This document shows, in pieces, positions 1 to 10,937 of a DNA stretch of 64,000 nt. Numbering within the stretch: position 1 is the stretch's first letter; every line of letters begins with the position of its first letter. The stretch lies in NCBI GenBank assembly GCA_963829055.1, contig CAWHHI010000009.1:108042-172041 (forward strand). Direction: 5' to 3'. The notes below the pieces were generated by a model. The model was not told where the DNA came from. It saw nothing but the letters and a program-made list of their open reading frames with translations, and did no database searches. This stretch comes from an uncultured Gemmatimonadaceae bacterium. GTDB lineage: Bacteria; Gemmatimonadota; Gemmatimonadetes; Gemmatimonadales; Gemmatimonadaceae. Both the position numbers and the translations under genes were made by a program.

Positions 1-603
1 CGCGAATGGAAGCGACGCGAGGCGCTCCATCGTCGGACAAATGGGTTCGTCCTTGTCGGCCGTGTACCATCCCCAACCCGCCGCCGGCCCGAGCCCCTTC
101 TCGCGATACAGCGACGCGAGCACGGAATCCGTGCCGTACGAGATCCCCGCGGTGTGAGTGAGCAGGTCGCGGATGGTGATCCGGCGCTTGGCCGGCATCT
201 GCTGGCCGTTCACCATGACGGTCGTGCGGGCGTACGCGGGAATGAAGCGACTCACGGGATCGTCCAGCGCGATCTTGCCTTCCTCGAACAGGATCATGGC
301 CGCGATGCTCGTTAGGGCCTTGGTCTGTGAGGCGATCCGGAAGAGAGCGTCGGTCGTCATGCGTCGCCCACTCTCCTTGTCGGCCCAGCCCACGGCGCGC
401 TCGTAGACGACCTTCCCGTCGCGCAGCACGAGCCCGACCGCACCCGCGATCCTGCTGCTGTCTGTCTGCTGTAGGAGATACGCGTCCACGCGCTGCAAAC
501 GTTCGGCGGAGAAGCCGTTGTCCGAACGCGCGCTGGCGCGGCTCGCGGCCTGCGCGCTGAGTAGCGCCGGGAACGCTGCGACAAGGAGAAGGGTGCGCTG
601 CAT
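1..603 (-). CDS. beta-lactamase-family serine hydrolase, N-terminal ~200 codons (gene continues past the left edge)
   Basis: Hand translation of the minus strand from ATG 603..601 gives MQRTLLLVAAFPALLSAQA (signal peptide) ... ALFRIASQTKALTSIAAMILFEEGK (S-x-x-K active-site motif). The ORF is open at the window edge, so it is absent from the ORF track. Confidence 0.75.
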   Translation of the reverse strand, partial: MQRTLLLVAAFPALLSAQAASRASARSDNGFSAERLQRVDAYLLQQTDSSRIAGAVGLVLRDGKVVYERAVGWADKESGRRMTTDALFRIASQTKALTSIAAMILFEEGKIALDDPVSRFIPAYARTTVMVNGQQMPAKRRITIRDLLTHTAGISYGTDSVLASLYREKGLGPAAGWGWYTADKDEPICPTMERLASLPFA

Positions 604-641
604 GGGAGTGATGGCTCGGTGTAGTTTTGGATTCGAGGCGC

Positions 642-1809
642 TCACGCGGCGTCTTCTCCCAGGCCGAGCTCTCGCAGAATCTCCGCCGAGTGCTGGCCGA
701 GCAGCGGGGGTGGGCGCCTGACGCGCGGCGGCGTCTCGCTCATCTTGAGCGGAAAGCCTAACGTGCGCACTCGGCCGGCAACCGGATGGTCGATTTCCTC
801 GATCATGTGACGGGCGTGCGTGTGTGGATCCGCGAAGACCTGGGCGAAGTCGTGAATCGGCCCCGCTGGTACGCCTACGGCGAGCATGCGCTCGACCCAG
901 TCCGCGGTGGTACGCGCGGCCAGTGCGACCTCGATCTCGCGCACGAGCGCGGGGCGGTTCGCCATTCTCGCGGCGTTCGTCGCGAAGCGCGAATCGGACG
1001 TGAGCGTCCTCGCGATCCAGCGTCGCGCAGAGTCGCTCCCACTGCAGCGACGTGAGCGCGGCGAGCGTGATGTACCCATCGCTCGTGCGGAACGCCTGGT
1101 ACGGTGCGCTCAACCGGTGGGCCGAGCCCATCGCGTGAGGCGCACTGCCCGTCGCCCAGTACTCGGTCGTTTCCCAGACGGACATCGCGAGCGCCGACTC
1201 GAACAGCGACGTGTCAATGTGCTGCCCGCGACCGGTTTTACCACGCGCGATGAGCGCCGCGAGTATGCCGTTCGTGGCAATGAGACCGACCGACAAGTCC
1301 GCGATCGGTACGCCGCATTTCACGGGCGTCCCGCCGGGCTCACCAGTCACGCTCATGATGCCGCTCATGCCCTGCGCGATGAGGTCGAAGCCGGGTCGGT
1401 CCGCGTACGGGCCCGTCTGCCCGAAGCCGGATATGCTCGCGTAGATGAGACGCGGATTGAGCGCCGACACGGTTTCGTAGTCCACGCCGAGCCGCTTCGT
1501 GACGCCCGGGCGGAAGCTCTCGACGAGCACGTCCGCCGTGCGAACGAGCGCCGTCATCACCGCACGGTCGGAGTCCCGTGTGAGGTCGAGGACGATGCTG
1601 CGCTTGTTTCGATTGAGCGCGAAGAACGGAGCGTTGTCGTTGCCAGGCATCCGCAACTGCGCGCCGCCCATCGATCGCGAGAGATCGCCGGTGGGCGGTT
1701 CGACCTTGATGACGTCGGCGCCAAGGTCGCCGAGCTGCATGGTGCAGAACGGGCCGCCCATGACCTGCGTGAGGTCGACGACGCGCACGCCGTCGAGAGG
1801 GAGAGTCAT
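642..1809 (-). pseudogene. CoA-transferase family III (CaiB/BaiF-like), frame broken once near 1005 in this assembly
   Basis: Hand translation from ATG 1809..1807 gives MTLPLDGVRVVDLTQVMGGPFCTMQLGDLGADVIKVEPP...GFGQTGPYADRPGFDLIAQGMSGIMS. The C-terminal third is ORF 642..1079 (SRFATNAARMANRPALVREIE...HPVAGRVRTLGFPLKMSETP). The two parts join only with a 1-nt offset. Confidence 0.75.
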
Positions 1810-1834
1810 GCGGGCAATTCTAGCTCGCCGCCGA

Positions 1835-3592
1835 TCATTTCACGACGCCCGCATCGAACACGACCTTCCCGTTGAAGATCGTCATCAGACACTTCGCGTC
1901 CTTGATCTCGGCCGTCGGCACCGAGTAGAAGTCGCGATCCCACACCGCGAGGTCCGCGTACTTCCCGACCTCGATCGACCCGATCTTCTTCTCCAGGAAC
2001 ATCTGCCGCGCCGCCCAGATCGTCACCGCGCGCAAGCGCCGTGCGCACGTCCACCGACTCTGCGCGGCCGAACGGGTCCTTGCCGTAGACGCCTAACAAC
2101 GGCTCGCGCGCGATCGCGGCCCAGATGCCATAGCGCGCCGGGAACGGCGTGACGCCGATAGTCGGAGCCGTTGCGCCCACGTCATGCCCTTCGCGCGGAA
2201 CGTCTTGAATGGATTCAGGCGAAGCGAACGCTTCGGCCCGAAGTTGCCCGCGTACGTGTCGCCGAGCCACCAGGTGAACGTCGCGGATGGCTCGGGATAG
2301 CCGGCGTCGAAGTCGCGCTGCAGCCTCGCCATCATGTCGATCGCGTGATCCGTCGGAATGTTCGAGTGGATGATCGCGTGCCGGAGGCCCTTCTTCGGAT
2401 TCTCGCGCATCGCCTGATCGTACGTGTCCACGACCCAGTCGATGCCGCGGTCGCCGATCGAGTGCACCGCGACGTGCATTCCGGCATCGTGGTACATGCG
2501 GATGAGCATGCGGATCGTGTCGGGATTCGACGCCGGATATCCGCGATTGCCCGGATCGGTGCCGCGATAGTCCTTGTTCCAGTCGTCGTAGAGCCACGCC
2601 GTGCGCGCGCCGCCCGAGCCGTCGATGTAGAGCTTCACGCCGCCGGCGATCACGTGATCGTCGCCAGTGCGTCTCGTACGGCTTCGTCATCGCCGCACGC
2701 TCGGCGATCAGCTCGCTTCGCGCTCATCGACCGAGCGCCCGCCTGACCAGAGCGCGAACACGCGCACGTTGAGCGCGCTGTCCTGCTCGACCTTCTTGTA
2801 GATGTCCCACGTCTGCGACGAGATGCCCGGGATCCTTGAGGCCGGTCATCCCCTCGGCGTTGAACGCCTTCACGAAGTCGCGGATCCCCGCTTCGGTCTC
2901 CGCGGCCGAGCGCTGGCGGGACGAGGCGACGCACGAGACCCGCCGCGCCTTCGCGCAACAGGCCGGTCGGCGTGCCGTCGGCGTTGCGGTCGATCGTGCC
3001 GTTCGGCGGATCCCGCGTGTCCTTCGTGACGCCGGCGAGGCTAAGCGCGACGCTGTTCGCGACGACGTAGTGGCCGGTGGTCTGCGTGAGCACGACCGGG
3101 TTGTCGGGCGAGACGGCGTCGAGGTCCTTCGCCGTGATGACACGTCGCTCGGTGAGCTTGCCCTCGTCCCAGCCACGTCCCTGAATCCACGCGCCCTTGG
3201 CGCGACGTGGCCACCTTCGCGCGAATCGCGGCGGCGACATCCGCGATGCTCTTGACGTTCGGATAGCTCAGGTCGATCACGTACAGGCGGTCGGCGCCGC
3301 CGCCGGAGAAGTGCGCGTGCGCATCGAGCAATCCGGGCGTGACGGCGCGGCCGCCGAGGTCGATGCGTCGTGCGTTAGGCGCGGCGGCGCGTTCGACTTC
3401 AGCCGTCGACCCGACAGCGACGATGCGTCCGCCAGCAATACCCACGGCCTGTGCGATCCGATCGTTCGTATCGACGGTCAGCACGCGACCGTTCACGAGG
3501 ATGAGATCGGCGCGTGGCTGCTGCGCGCTCAGCGGTGCCGCGATCGCGATGCACGTCGCGAGAACGAGCGAATGCTGCTTCATGGACTTCAT
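1835..3592 (-). pseudogene. secreted amidohydrolase (Amidohydro_3-like metal-dependent hydrolase), at least 6 frame disruptions
   Basis: Collinear pieces lie in different frames: 3041..3670 (MKSMKQHSLVLATCIAIAAPLSAQ signal, TPGLLDAHAHF = H-x-H), 2650..3240, 2724..3176, 2093..2653 (MYHDAGMHVAVHSIGDRG), part of 1806..2690, and 1835..2035 (GKYADLAVWDRD C-terminal motif). Confidence 0.7.
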
Positions 3593-3811
3593 GGACACGT
3601 GGGAGCGATGTAGGTCTGGAATGTGATTGGACGCGCCGGGCCGGCATGGCCATTGTGAGGTCGCCACCAACGGTGTGGTAGACGATCGCGGAATGTCCAG
3701 CGAGTGGCGACCGGTCGGTCCGGGCCGTATGATATCGCGCCGCCCGGTTCGGTTCCCGCTGTCGGGCGAAGCAACCCAGAGGATTTCTCTCTCTTGTCCG
3801 GAGGATGCTGT

Positions 3812-5088
3812 ATGCTGCGCGCAGCTCAGTTACGCCTTGCCCTCGCCGCCATCGCAGCTGTCGCCCTGGCCGCCTGCCAGGAAGACCAGACTCCGACGGC
3901 CGTGACCGTCCCCGCACAACCCTCGGCAAGCGCGCAGTCGTCGCAGGGCAACGGGCCACCCACGGCCGACGAACTCGATCGGCAGGTGCCCGGTTTCGGT
4001 GGCTTCTTCCTCGATCGCGCGGGAGAGCCGACCGTGTACCTCGACGCGTGGTGCGAGCAGGGCTCCGGCGGAGCGCGCGCTCGGTGCGTATCTCGCGGCG
4101 CGCGGCCTGTCGAACGCGGCGGTGCACGTGCTCGAGGCCCGGTACGGATGGCAGCAGCTCCAGCGCTGGCAGGACGCGGCGACCGACGGTGCCTTCGAGG
4201 TCCCCGGGACGGTGTTCGTGGACAACGACGAGACGAGCAACCGTGTTCGCATCGGCGTCGAGAACGTGAATGCGGTCGGACAGGTTCGGGCGGCGTTGGC
4301 TCGCCGCGGTCTGCCTGACGACGCGGTGATCATCGAGCGCGCCGACCCGATCGTGCAGGTGGCGTCGCTCCAGAACGTCGTCGACCGCCCGGTGCGCGCT
4401 GGCGTTCAGATCAATTTCCCCGGATTCCTCTGCTCGGTCGGGTTCAACGCGACGTCGGGCGACGTAGAAGTCGTTCATCACCGCGTCGCACTGCACGACC
4501 AAGCAGGGTGGTGTCGAGAGCACTCCGTATTGGCAGCCGCTCCAGTCGGTGAATGGCACGCAGATCGCGACGGAGGTTGCGGACCCGGTCTACTACGAAG
4601 GGCGCGGGCTGCCCGGGCGGCAAGACCTGTCGCTACAGCGACGCTTCGCGTGCGGCGTACAGCGAACGGCGCCAACCAGGCGCTCGGCCTGATCGCGAGG
4701 ACGAGCGGGCCTAACAACAACAGCCTCGAGATCACCGGCTCGTTCACGATCACGTCGGACGACTGCGCAGACACGATCGGCGGATGCCTGCCAGTTGGCG
4801 CGACGGTGAACAAGGTCGGGCGCACCACCGGATGGACCAGGGCACCATCACGAACACGTGCGTCAACACCGGCGTGCAGGGCAGCAGGATCGTCCAGCTC
4901 TGCCAGACGTTCGTGTCGGCCGGAGTGGGCGGGGGCGACAGCGGCTCGGACGTCTTCCAGATCACGGGCGATGCACGAGCGTGAAGCTCGCTGGGATTCT
5001 CTGGGGCGGGAGCTCGAGCGGGACTCAGTTCGTGTTCAGCCCGTTCGGCAACGTGACGAGAGAGCTCGGCGCGCTGACCACGCACTGA
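3812..5088 (+). pseudogene. secreted S1 serine protease (alpha-lytic / streptogrisin-like) with pro-region, at least 6 frame disruptions
   Basis: ATG 3812 follows GGAGGA, and the N-terminus has a lipobox-like signal MLRAAQLRLALAAIAAVALAAC. FLCSVGFNA, SFITASHCT (catalytic His, hand-translated frame), GGGDSGS (catalytic Ser) and ILWGGSSSG are found in different frames (ORFs 3704..4318, 3999..5120, 4784..4984, 4858..5088). Confidence 0.65.
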
Positions 5089-5107
5089 GCCGCCGACGCA
5101 GTATCCC

Positions 5108-5486
5108 GACGTTCACCTAACGCTGGAGGCACCGGCCCGCGCCCGTTCGGGCGAGCCGGTGCCTCTCGTTTTAACGGTCACGAACACCGGCACCGCTGTC
5201 CGTGACGTTGCAGCTCCTCGGCCGGAAACCCACCGCCGACTTCCGCATCTCGGACGCAGACGGCCGCCCAATCTGGACTCGCCTTCGCGGCCAGACGATG
5301 CTCGGCGCGCTTCGCCTCTATCCGCTGGATGCAGGAAAGGCACTCGTATTCCGAGCGGTGTGGGATGGGCGTGACGACGGTGGAAGCCTGGCGCCGCCGG
5401 GCGAGTACCTGATCCGCGGCGTGCTACTGACTGACGACCCCGGAGGGCTGCCTTCCTCGCCCCTCCGGCTGCGCGTTGACGCCTAA
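5108..5486 (+). pseudogene. BsuPI-like proteinase-inhibitor domain fragment (no usable start, one frame offset near 5205)
   Basis: ORFs 5159..5374 and 5202..5486 give PLVLTVTNTGTAVRDV / ADFRISDADGRPIWTRL...GKALVFRAVWDGRDDGG..PGEYLIRG, which resembles the BsuPI inhibitor beta-sandwich. It lies directly after the protease gene. Confidence 0.4.
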
Positions 5487-5504
5487 CGCCTCCGGGATCG
5501 ACGC

Positions 5505-6557
5505 TCACACCCGCGGCATCACCTCGGCTGAAAACAGCTCCATACTGCGTAGCACCTGCTCGTGTGGGATGAGGCCGCCGAAGTTGAACCAGCAGATCAC
5601 CCGCCCGGGGTTGAGCTCCTCCCTCACTTGCTGGAGCCGTTCCACGCACGCGGATGGCGTGTCGAAGATCCCCGTCACGGTGTTCACACTGTCGTACGTC
5701 ATCCCGCAGATCTGCTCGAGAATCGCCTGCAGCTTCGGCCGCTCCGACTCAGGAGACTTCGCCACCCATGTCGCCGCCACCGACGCCGCCGTCTCCGCGA
5801 ATTGCCTGACACTCGGCGCGACGTCACGCTCGACGCGACGCCGGTCGCTCCCGACGTAGATCGGCATGAGCAGCGTTAGGTCCTCGCCCGCAGCCGTCGC
5901 ATGGCCGGCGTCCGCGCGGGCGCGGCGGTAGAGCGGAATCAGCTCCCGCAGCTTCGGGAGCGGGTTGACGTTCGAGGCGACGAAGATCGGGTAGCCCTCA
6001 CGGCCGGCCCACGTGGCGGTGTCTGCGCTGTTGGCGGCAACACGAATGGGTGGGTGCGGCTGCTGGATCGGCCTCGGCGCGAGTGCGAGGTCGTCCGCGT
6101 GGAAGAATCGCCCTCGGAACGAGAACCGCTCGGTTGTCCACGCTCGGCGGATGTAGTCGAGCGACTCTACCATGCGGTCGCGGCTCTCGGACATTGGCAC
6201 GCCGAAGCCGCCGAAGTGGCTCGGGTTGCCGCCGCGCCCGACGCCGAGCTCGACACGGCCGCCACTGAGGACGTCGAGTGTCGCGATCTCCTCCGCCACA
6301 CGCATCGGGTGCGCGAGCGGGAGCTGCACGATCGCGGTGCCGAGGCGGAGGGTGGTCGTGCGCGCCGCGATGGCCGCCAGGAGGAGGGTCGGGCAGGGAA
6401 GGATCGATACCGTCGGGTTGAAGTGGTGCTCGACCGGCCACACCGACTCGAATCCGAGCGCTTCGGCGCGCGTTGCCTGCTCTATGGTGTCACGATACCG
6501 TTGCGCGGGCGACTGGCCCTCGGCACACGATAACAGGTAGTGAAGTCCGAACTTCAT
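5505..6557 (-). CDS. LLM-class (luciferase-like) flavin-dependent oxidoreductase
   Basis: Intact ORF 5505..6575. The likely start is MKFGLHY at 6557. The ALGFESVWPVEHHF and GGRVELGVGRGG motifs are typical of luciferase-like monooxygenases. Confidence 0.85.
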   Translation of the reverse strand: MKFGLHYLLSCAEGQSPAQRYRDTIEQATRAEALGFESVWPVEHHFNPTVSILPCPTLLLAAIAARTTTLRLGTAIVQLPLAHPMRVAEEIATLDVLSGGRVELGVGRGGNPSHFGGFGVPMSESRDRMVESLDYIRRAWTTERFSFRGRFFHADDLALAPRPIQQPHPPIRVAANSADTATWAGREGYPIFVASNVNPLPKLRELIPLYRRARADAGHATAAGEDLTLLMPIYVGSDRRRVERDVAPSVRQFAETAASVAATWVAKSPESERPKLQAILEQICGMTYDSVNTVTGIFDTPSACVERLQQVREELNPGRVICWFNFGGLIPHEQVLRSMELFSAEVMPRV

Positions 6558-6734
6558 CGTTCTACTCCTCGCCAATGCTCACTGTGCGTCGACCGCGACC
6601 GCCGCGGGTTGCACGGGAGGATGGTACGCGCGCGTGCCACGCGGGCGTATCTGGCGACTGGCCGATCTTGTCCCTGACGATGGTTGGGTCGGGCGCGTCG
6701 CGACGCGCCATGCGTCGCCTAACGAACCGGAATG

Positions 6735-7984
6735 CTACCTGGGCCGACTATCCGGACGGGGGCGGAGCCGCGCGTAGGCGAAGAGGGGATTCACCGCGGC
6801 TTTGCCTTGCACGAGCGCCGCGACGTGCTCGCCGAGCGCCGGCCCCATCTTGAAACCGTGCCCGGAGCCGCCGCCGACGAGCCACACGTTCTCGAGTTGC
6901 GGATGCTTGTCGATGAGGTAGTTGCCGTCGCTCGACGCCTCGTACTGACACACCCGCGCTTCCACGAGCGGCGCGTTGGCGAGAGCAGGGAAGCGCTCCG
7001 CCACGATTTTCTTCGCGCGCGCGAGGCCGTCGGCGCTCGGGACACGGTCGATCGTCGTGGGGTCGACTTCGTCGCCCGCTGTATCATCCGCGACCTTGAG
7101 GCCGCGTCGCTCGAAGCTCGGGACGCCGTAGACGAGCCGCTCGCCGATGTGCACCCATACCGGTTGCGTCGGGGCGTCGAATCGGCGTGTCACCCGGCGG
7201 CGTGCCGAAGAAGAAGACCTCCTGTCGAGTCGCGACGATCCGGCGGCCGACGACGTCGGGGAACACCTGCCCCATCCACGGGCCGCACGCGAAGACGAAG
7301 CGGTCGGCGTCGAGAGCGCTGCCGGCCGGCAAGCCCGATGTTCGTTAGGCGACTGCCGGCCGTCCTTCCAGGGCGGACCATCGCCTGCCTGTACGTTCCG
7401 CCTTCGCGCACGAACGTCTCGCGCACGAGCTCGCACGCAACGCGCGCTGTGAGAAACCCGCCGTCCGGTTCGTGGAACACGCTGCGCACGTTCTGAAAGC
7501 CCATCTGCGGGAAGCGGCGCCGAGCCTCGGCCAGTGGCAGCTCTTCGAGGCCCAGCCCGACCGCCTTCATGGGCGCGATCGACTTCCGCACGTAACTGTC
7601 GTCGGTTGCGCACATCCAGACGGCGCCGGTGCGGTAGTAGATCTGGCGCTTCCACCGCTGCTCGGCCTCACGCCACAGCTTCATGGCGCGAGCCGCCATC
7701 TGGCTGTAGTCGGGGACGCCGTTATACACCCCGCGGATGACGCGAGTCTCGCCGCCTGACGACGCGCGCGAGTTGCCGGCACCCCACGCGTCCACGAGCG
7801 TTACGCGCATGCCTGCGCGGAGAAGCGAGAGCGCGGTCCAACCTCCGAATGCGCCAGCACCCACGACGATGACGTGCTCCTGCGATGGCCGGAGCGCGCC
7901 GAATCGCAGCACGAACGGCGCCGCGACAGCGGAGGCGACGAACGAGCGCCGCGATACGTGGCGAGATGCAGGCGTTGTTGTCAT
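6735..7984 (-). pseudogene. FAD-dependent oxidoreductase (DAO / sarcosine-oxidase-like) with Tat-like signal, 2 frame disruptions (~7330, ~7195)
   Basis: ORF 7190..7996 contains SRRSFVASAVAAPF and VIVVGAGAFGGWTA (GxGxxG). The protein continues in ORFs 7084..7332 ([18 protein letters not shown]) and 6735..7655 (VWLVGGGSGHGFKMGPALGE). Confidence 0.7.
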
Positions 7985-8004
7985 TCCAGCGAGCACCAGC
8001 CGCT

Positions 8005-8111
8005 GTCATCCCGAGGAGTGAAACGACGAGGGACCTTCTGTAACGTCATAGTGGCACGACTGCCACGAGTACGTTACGAGAAGATCCCTCGCCTTGCTCG
8101 CTCGGGATGAC
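8005..8111. repeat. REP/MITE-like inverted-repeat element of the GTCATYCCGAGCG...CGCTCGGRATGAC family
   Basis: GTCATCCCGAG..GAGGGA at 8005 pairs with TCCCTCGCC..CTCGGGATGAC ending at 8111. There is an inner palindrome GTGGCACGACTGCCAC. The related arm TCATTCCAGCGAGC lies at 7981. Same family as 34576..34660 and 58068..58239. Confidence 0.6.
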
Positions 8112-8207
8112 ACGGTGGTTCGCGCGAGATGACGCCGCATTCTTCCTCCGCCCTCCGCCGTCCGTCCGCCGTCCGCCCCTCCTTCCCAAGGCCTCCTTCC
8201 TCAGGCC

Positions 8208-10863
8208 TCAGTAATTGAACGTCAGGTTCACACCTAACGTCCGTGGCTGGTTCGTGAGGTATCCTACACGAGCTCGCGTTCCACGCTCGCGGTCGAGCGA
8301 CAGCAACGCCCGCTCGTCCGTGACGTTGTTGAGGAACAGCGCCGCTTCCCAGCCCGGTCGCGTGATCGCCAAGGCGCAGGTTGACCAGATTGTACGCCGG
8401 TAGCTCCGGGTCCCACGTGAACGTCGACGCCGTCAGCGGCCCGCCGATCGTGTTCGGCGCGAACGAGTTCAGGTCGAGCACGCCGAAGCCCGCCGCCTCG
8501 TCGTCGATCTGCGTGAAGCGCGAGCCCACGTAATTGTACGTCGCGGTGAGGAACCCGTCCGACCCCGACCGCAGCGGTCGATGCAGCGTGACCGCGGCCG
8601 CGCCCTGCACCTCCGGCACGCTCGGAAGCCGGTTGCCTTCCTCGATGCCCGACACGACGCTGACCTCCCCCGTGGAGCTCGTCGAGGTCAGGGTGGACCG
8701 CAGCTCCGCGTTGTTGAGCGTTCCGGTCAGCGCGAAGTCGAAATACTTGTTAGGTGCCGCCGTGAGCTCGAGCTCCAGGCCCTGGCTCACCGACTTGGGC
8801 ACGTTGAAGACGAGCCGCGACGAGCACGAGCCCGCGGTCACGATCAGCTGCAGGTCGCGAATGTCCATGTAGAACGCGGACACGTTGAGCGACGCGCGCC
8901 CATCCATCCACTGGGACTTGGCGCCGACCTCGTAGTTCCACGCCGTCTCGTTCTCCCACGACTCTCGACCGCTGAACGTCGCGAGATCCGCCGCCGTGCA
9001 CAGCGGCACGTTGAGCGGGTCGTTGATGCCGCCGAGTCGGAAGCCCTGCGACGCCTGCGCGTTGAACGTGAGCCGGTCGTTCGCCTTGAAGCTGGCGATG
9101 ACGCGCGGAGCGAAGCCGTCGGCGCTCGTGGACCCCGGCGTCGACACCACCGACGTTCCGGTATTGTCGTTCGCGAAGATGCCGTCGAAGACCTGCTCGC
9201 GATCCTCGTTGAAGTTGTAGTAGCGCAGCCCACCCGTGAGGTCGAGCCGGTTCGTCAGGCTCACCGTCGCTTCGCCGAACACCGCGGTCTGCCTGAGGTC
9301 GTACGACAGGTCGGAGTAGAACAGCACATCGGTCGGAGCGATGAGTCCCTTCGTGGGAACGCCGGAAGCGGCCTCGAACCCGGACACGTCGAGGCTCTGG
9401 CCGTAGTCACGCAGGCTCTTGCTGAAGAAGCCCCCGACGAGCCACCGCGCGCGGCCGCCCCCACCGGCAAGGCGGAGCTCCTCGGTCACGACGTGACCCT
9501 TGGTCGCGTCATCGAGCGGCGAATTGAGCGTGTAGACGTCCTCGGGAAGACCGATGCTGCCACCGGTGATGCTCGACGTCAGTGCACCGGCGTCGCGCAC
9601 CACGAGGATGTCGCGGTAGCTGTAGGACGTGACCGACGTCAGGTTCGCCTTCCCGAAGTCGTACTTCATGTTGAGATCGCCGAGCGTGTAGTTGTCGGTG
9701 AACGGCTCGGGGATCTGCGTGAACAGCTCGCGCTCACCTAACGTGACGGGAGGGCGCGTCGTGGTGTAGGGGTTCGCGAGAATGTTGTACGCGTCGATGC
9801 GGTTCCAGCCGTCCGCGCGCACGGTCTGGTAGACGACGCGCGGCGTGATGGTGAATCGGTCGTTAGGCTGGAACTGGAGCGCGGCACGCACACCGGTGCG
9901 TGTGCCGCTGTTCACGTTCTTCTCGACGCGCAGGCTCGGCTGCACCGCGTCCATGTAGCCACCGAGCTGGTTGTAGTACAACGCCACTCTCCCCGCCGCC
10001 CTGTTGCCGATCGGGACGTTCGCGCCGAGCTTGACGTTCGCGCCGATGCCACCACTGAGAACCTGGCTGGTTCCGACCTCGCCGAACGTGCTGCGAAGTC
10101 CGAGCTCCGGCTGGTTCGTGATGTAGCGGACCGTGCCCGCGAGCGACCCCGAGCCGAACAGCGTGCCCTGTGGCCCACGCAGGACTTCGACGCGCGAGAC
10201 GTCGAACAGGTCGAGGTCCGGCGTGAACAACGACAACGAGATGGGCGACTCGTCGAGGTAGACGCCTGCCTGTTCCTTGACCCCGGGTTGGTCACGCGCG
10301 ATCTGGCCGGCAGACGCACCGCGGATGGCGACCTGGCTCTGACCGGGCCCGAGGTTCTGCACACTGAAACCAGCGACGTTCGTCGAGATGCCCTCGATGT
10401 TCTCCACTCCGCGCGACCGCAGGTCAGCCGCCGTCGGCGCGGCAACGGAGAAGGGGACGTCGGCCAGCTCCTGCTCGCGGAGCGTCGCGGTGACGGTGAT
10501 CGCCTGGAGCGGCAGCGCCTGCAGCGTTAGGTCCACCGTCACGTCCTGATCGACGCGCACGTCGGTGCGCGTGGTCCTTCGAAAACCGATCAGCGACGCG
10601 GAGACGGTGTAGGTGCCTGACGAGAGACCCGTGATGGTGTACGCACCATCAGCGCGCGTGGTCGTGCTTCGGGTGACGCCTGTCGCGTTGTTAGTGGCCC
10701 TGACCGTCGCCGCTTCCCGCGGGACGCCACCCGAGTCGCTCACTACCCCAGAAATGCGGCTGCTGCCGGGGGTCTGCGCGAGTGCGGGCGCAATGGCGGG
10801 GATACAGAGGAGTGCAGTCGTGAGCGCGACGAAGCTCGAGCACCGGCGAACCAGACAGAGCAT
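8208..10863 (-). pseudogene. TonB-dependent outer-membrane receptor (CarboxypepD_reg-like N-domain, plug, barrel); last ~50 codons displaced by a frame offset near 8365
   Basis: ORF 8074..10863 has a signal peptide, ISGVVSDSGGVP..ATVRATNNATG, and plug and barrel motifs. Hand translation of the neighbouring frame gives the canonical C-terminus AITRPGWEAALFLNNVTDERALLSLDRERGTRARVGYLTNQPRTLGVNLTFNY, stopping at 8210..8208. Confidence 0.8.
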
Positions 10864-10937
10864 GAAAGCCTCCCGTCAATGGATTTGCCTGCAGTGCGAC
10901 CAGGTGCGTCGTTGGTATCCCTAGTACATGTGGTTTG

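Noticed and set aside
886-1875. Many long ORFs in the track lie opposite or out of frame to recognisable genes, for example 886..1875 +, 3399..4559 -, 8581..9741 +, 13623..14900 +, 25672..26802 -, 38009..39031 - and 46621..48000 +.
   Set aside because: Their translations are Arg/Ala/Pro/Gly-rich and low in complexity, with no motifs. Each is fully overlapped by a gene with clear family signatures on the other strand or frame. These are the typical shadow ORFs of high-GC DNA.
5126-5172. A strong hairpin (GAGGCACCGGC ... GCCGGTGCCTC) followed by TCGTTTT, which looks like a Rho-independent terminator after the protease gene.
   Set aside because: It lies inside the reading frame that encodes the BsuPI-like domain (…LEAPARARSGEPVPLVLTV…). 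A terminator role cannot be separated from coding sequence here, so I did not list it as a feature.
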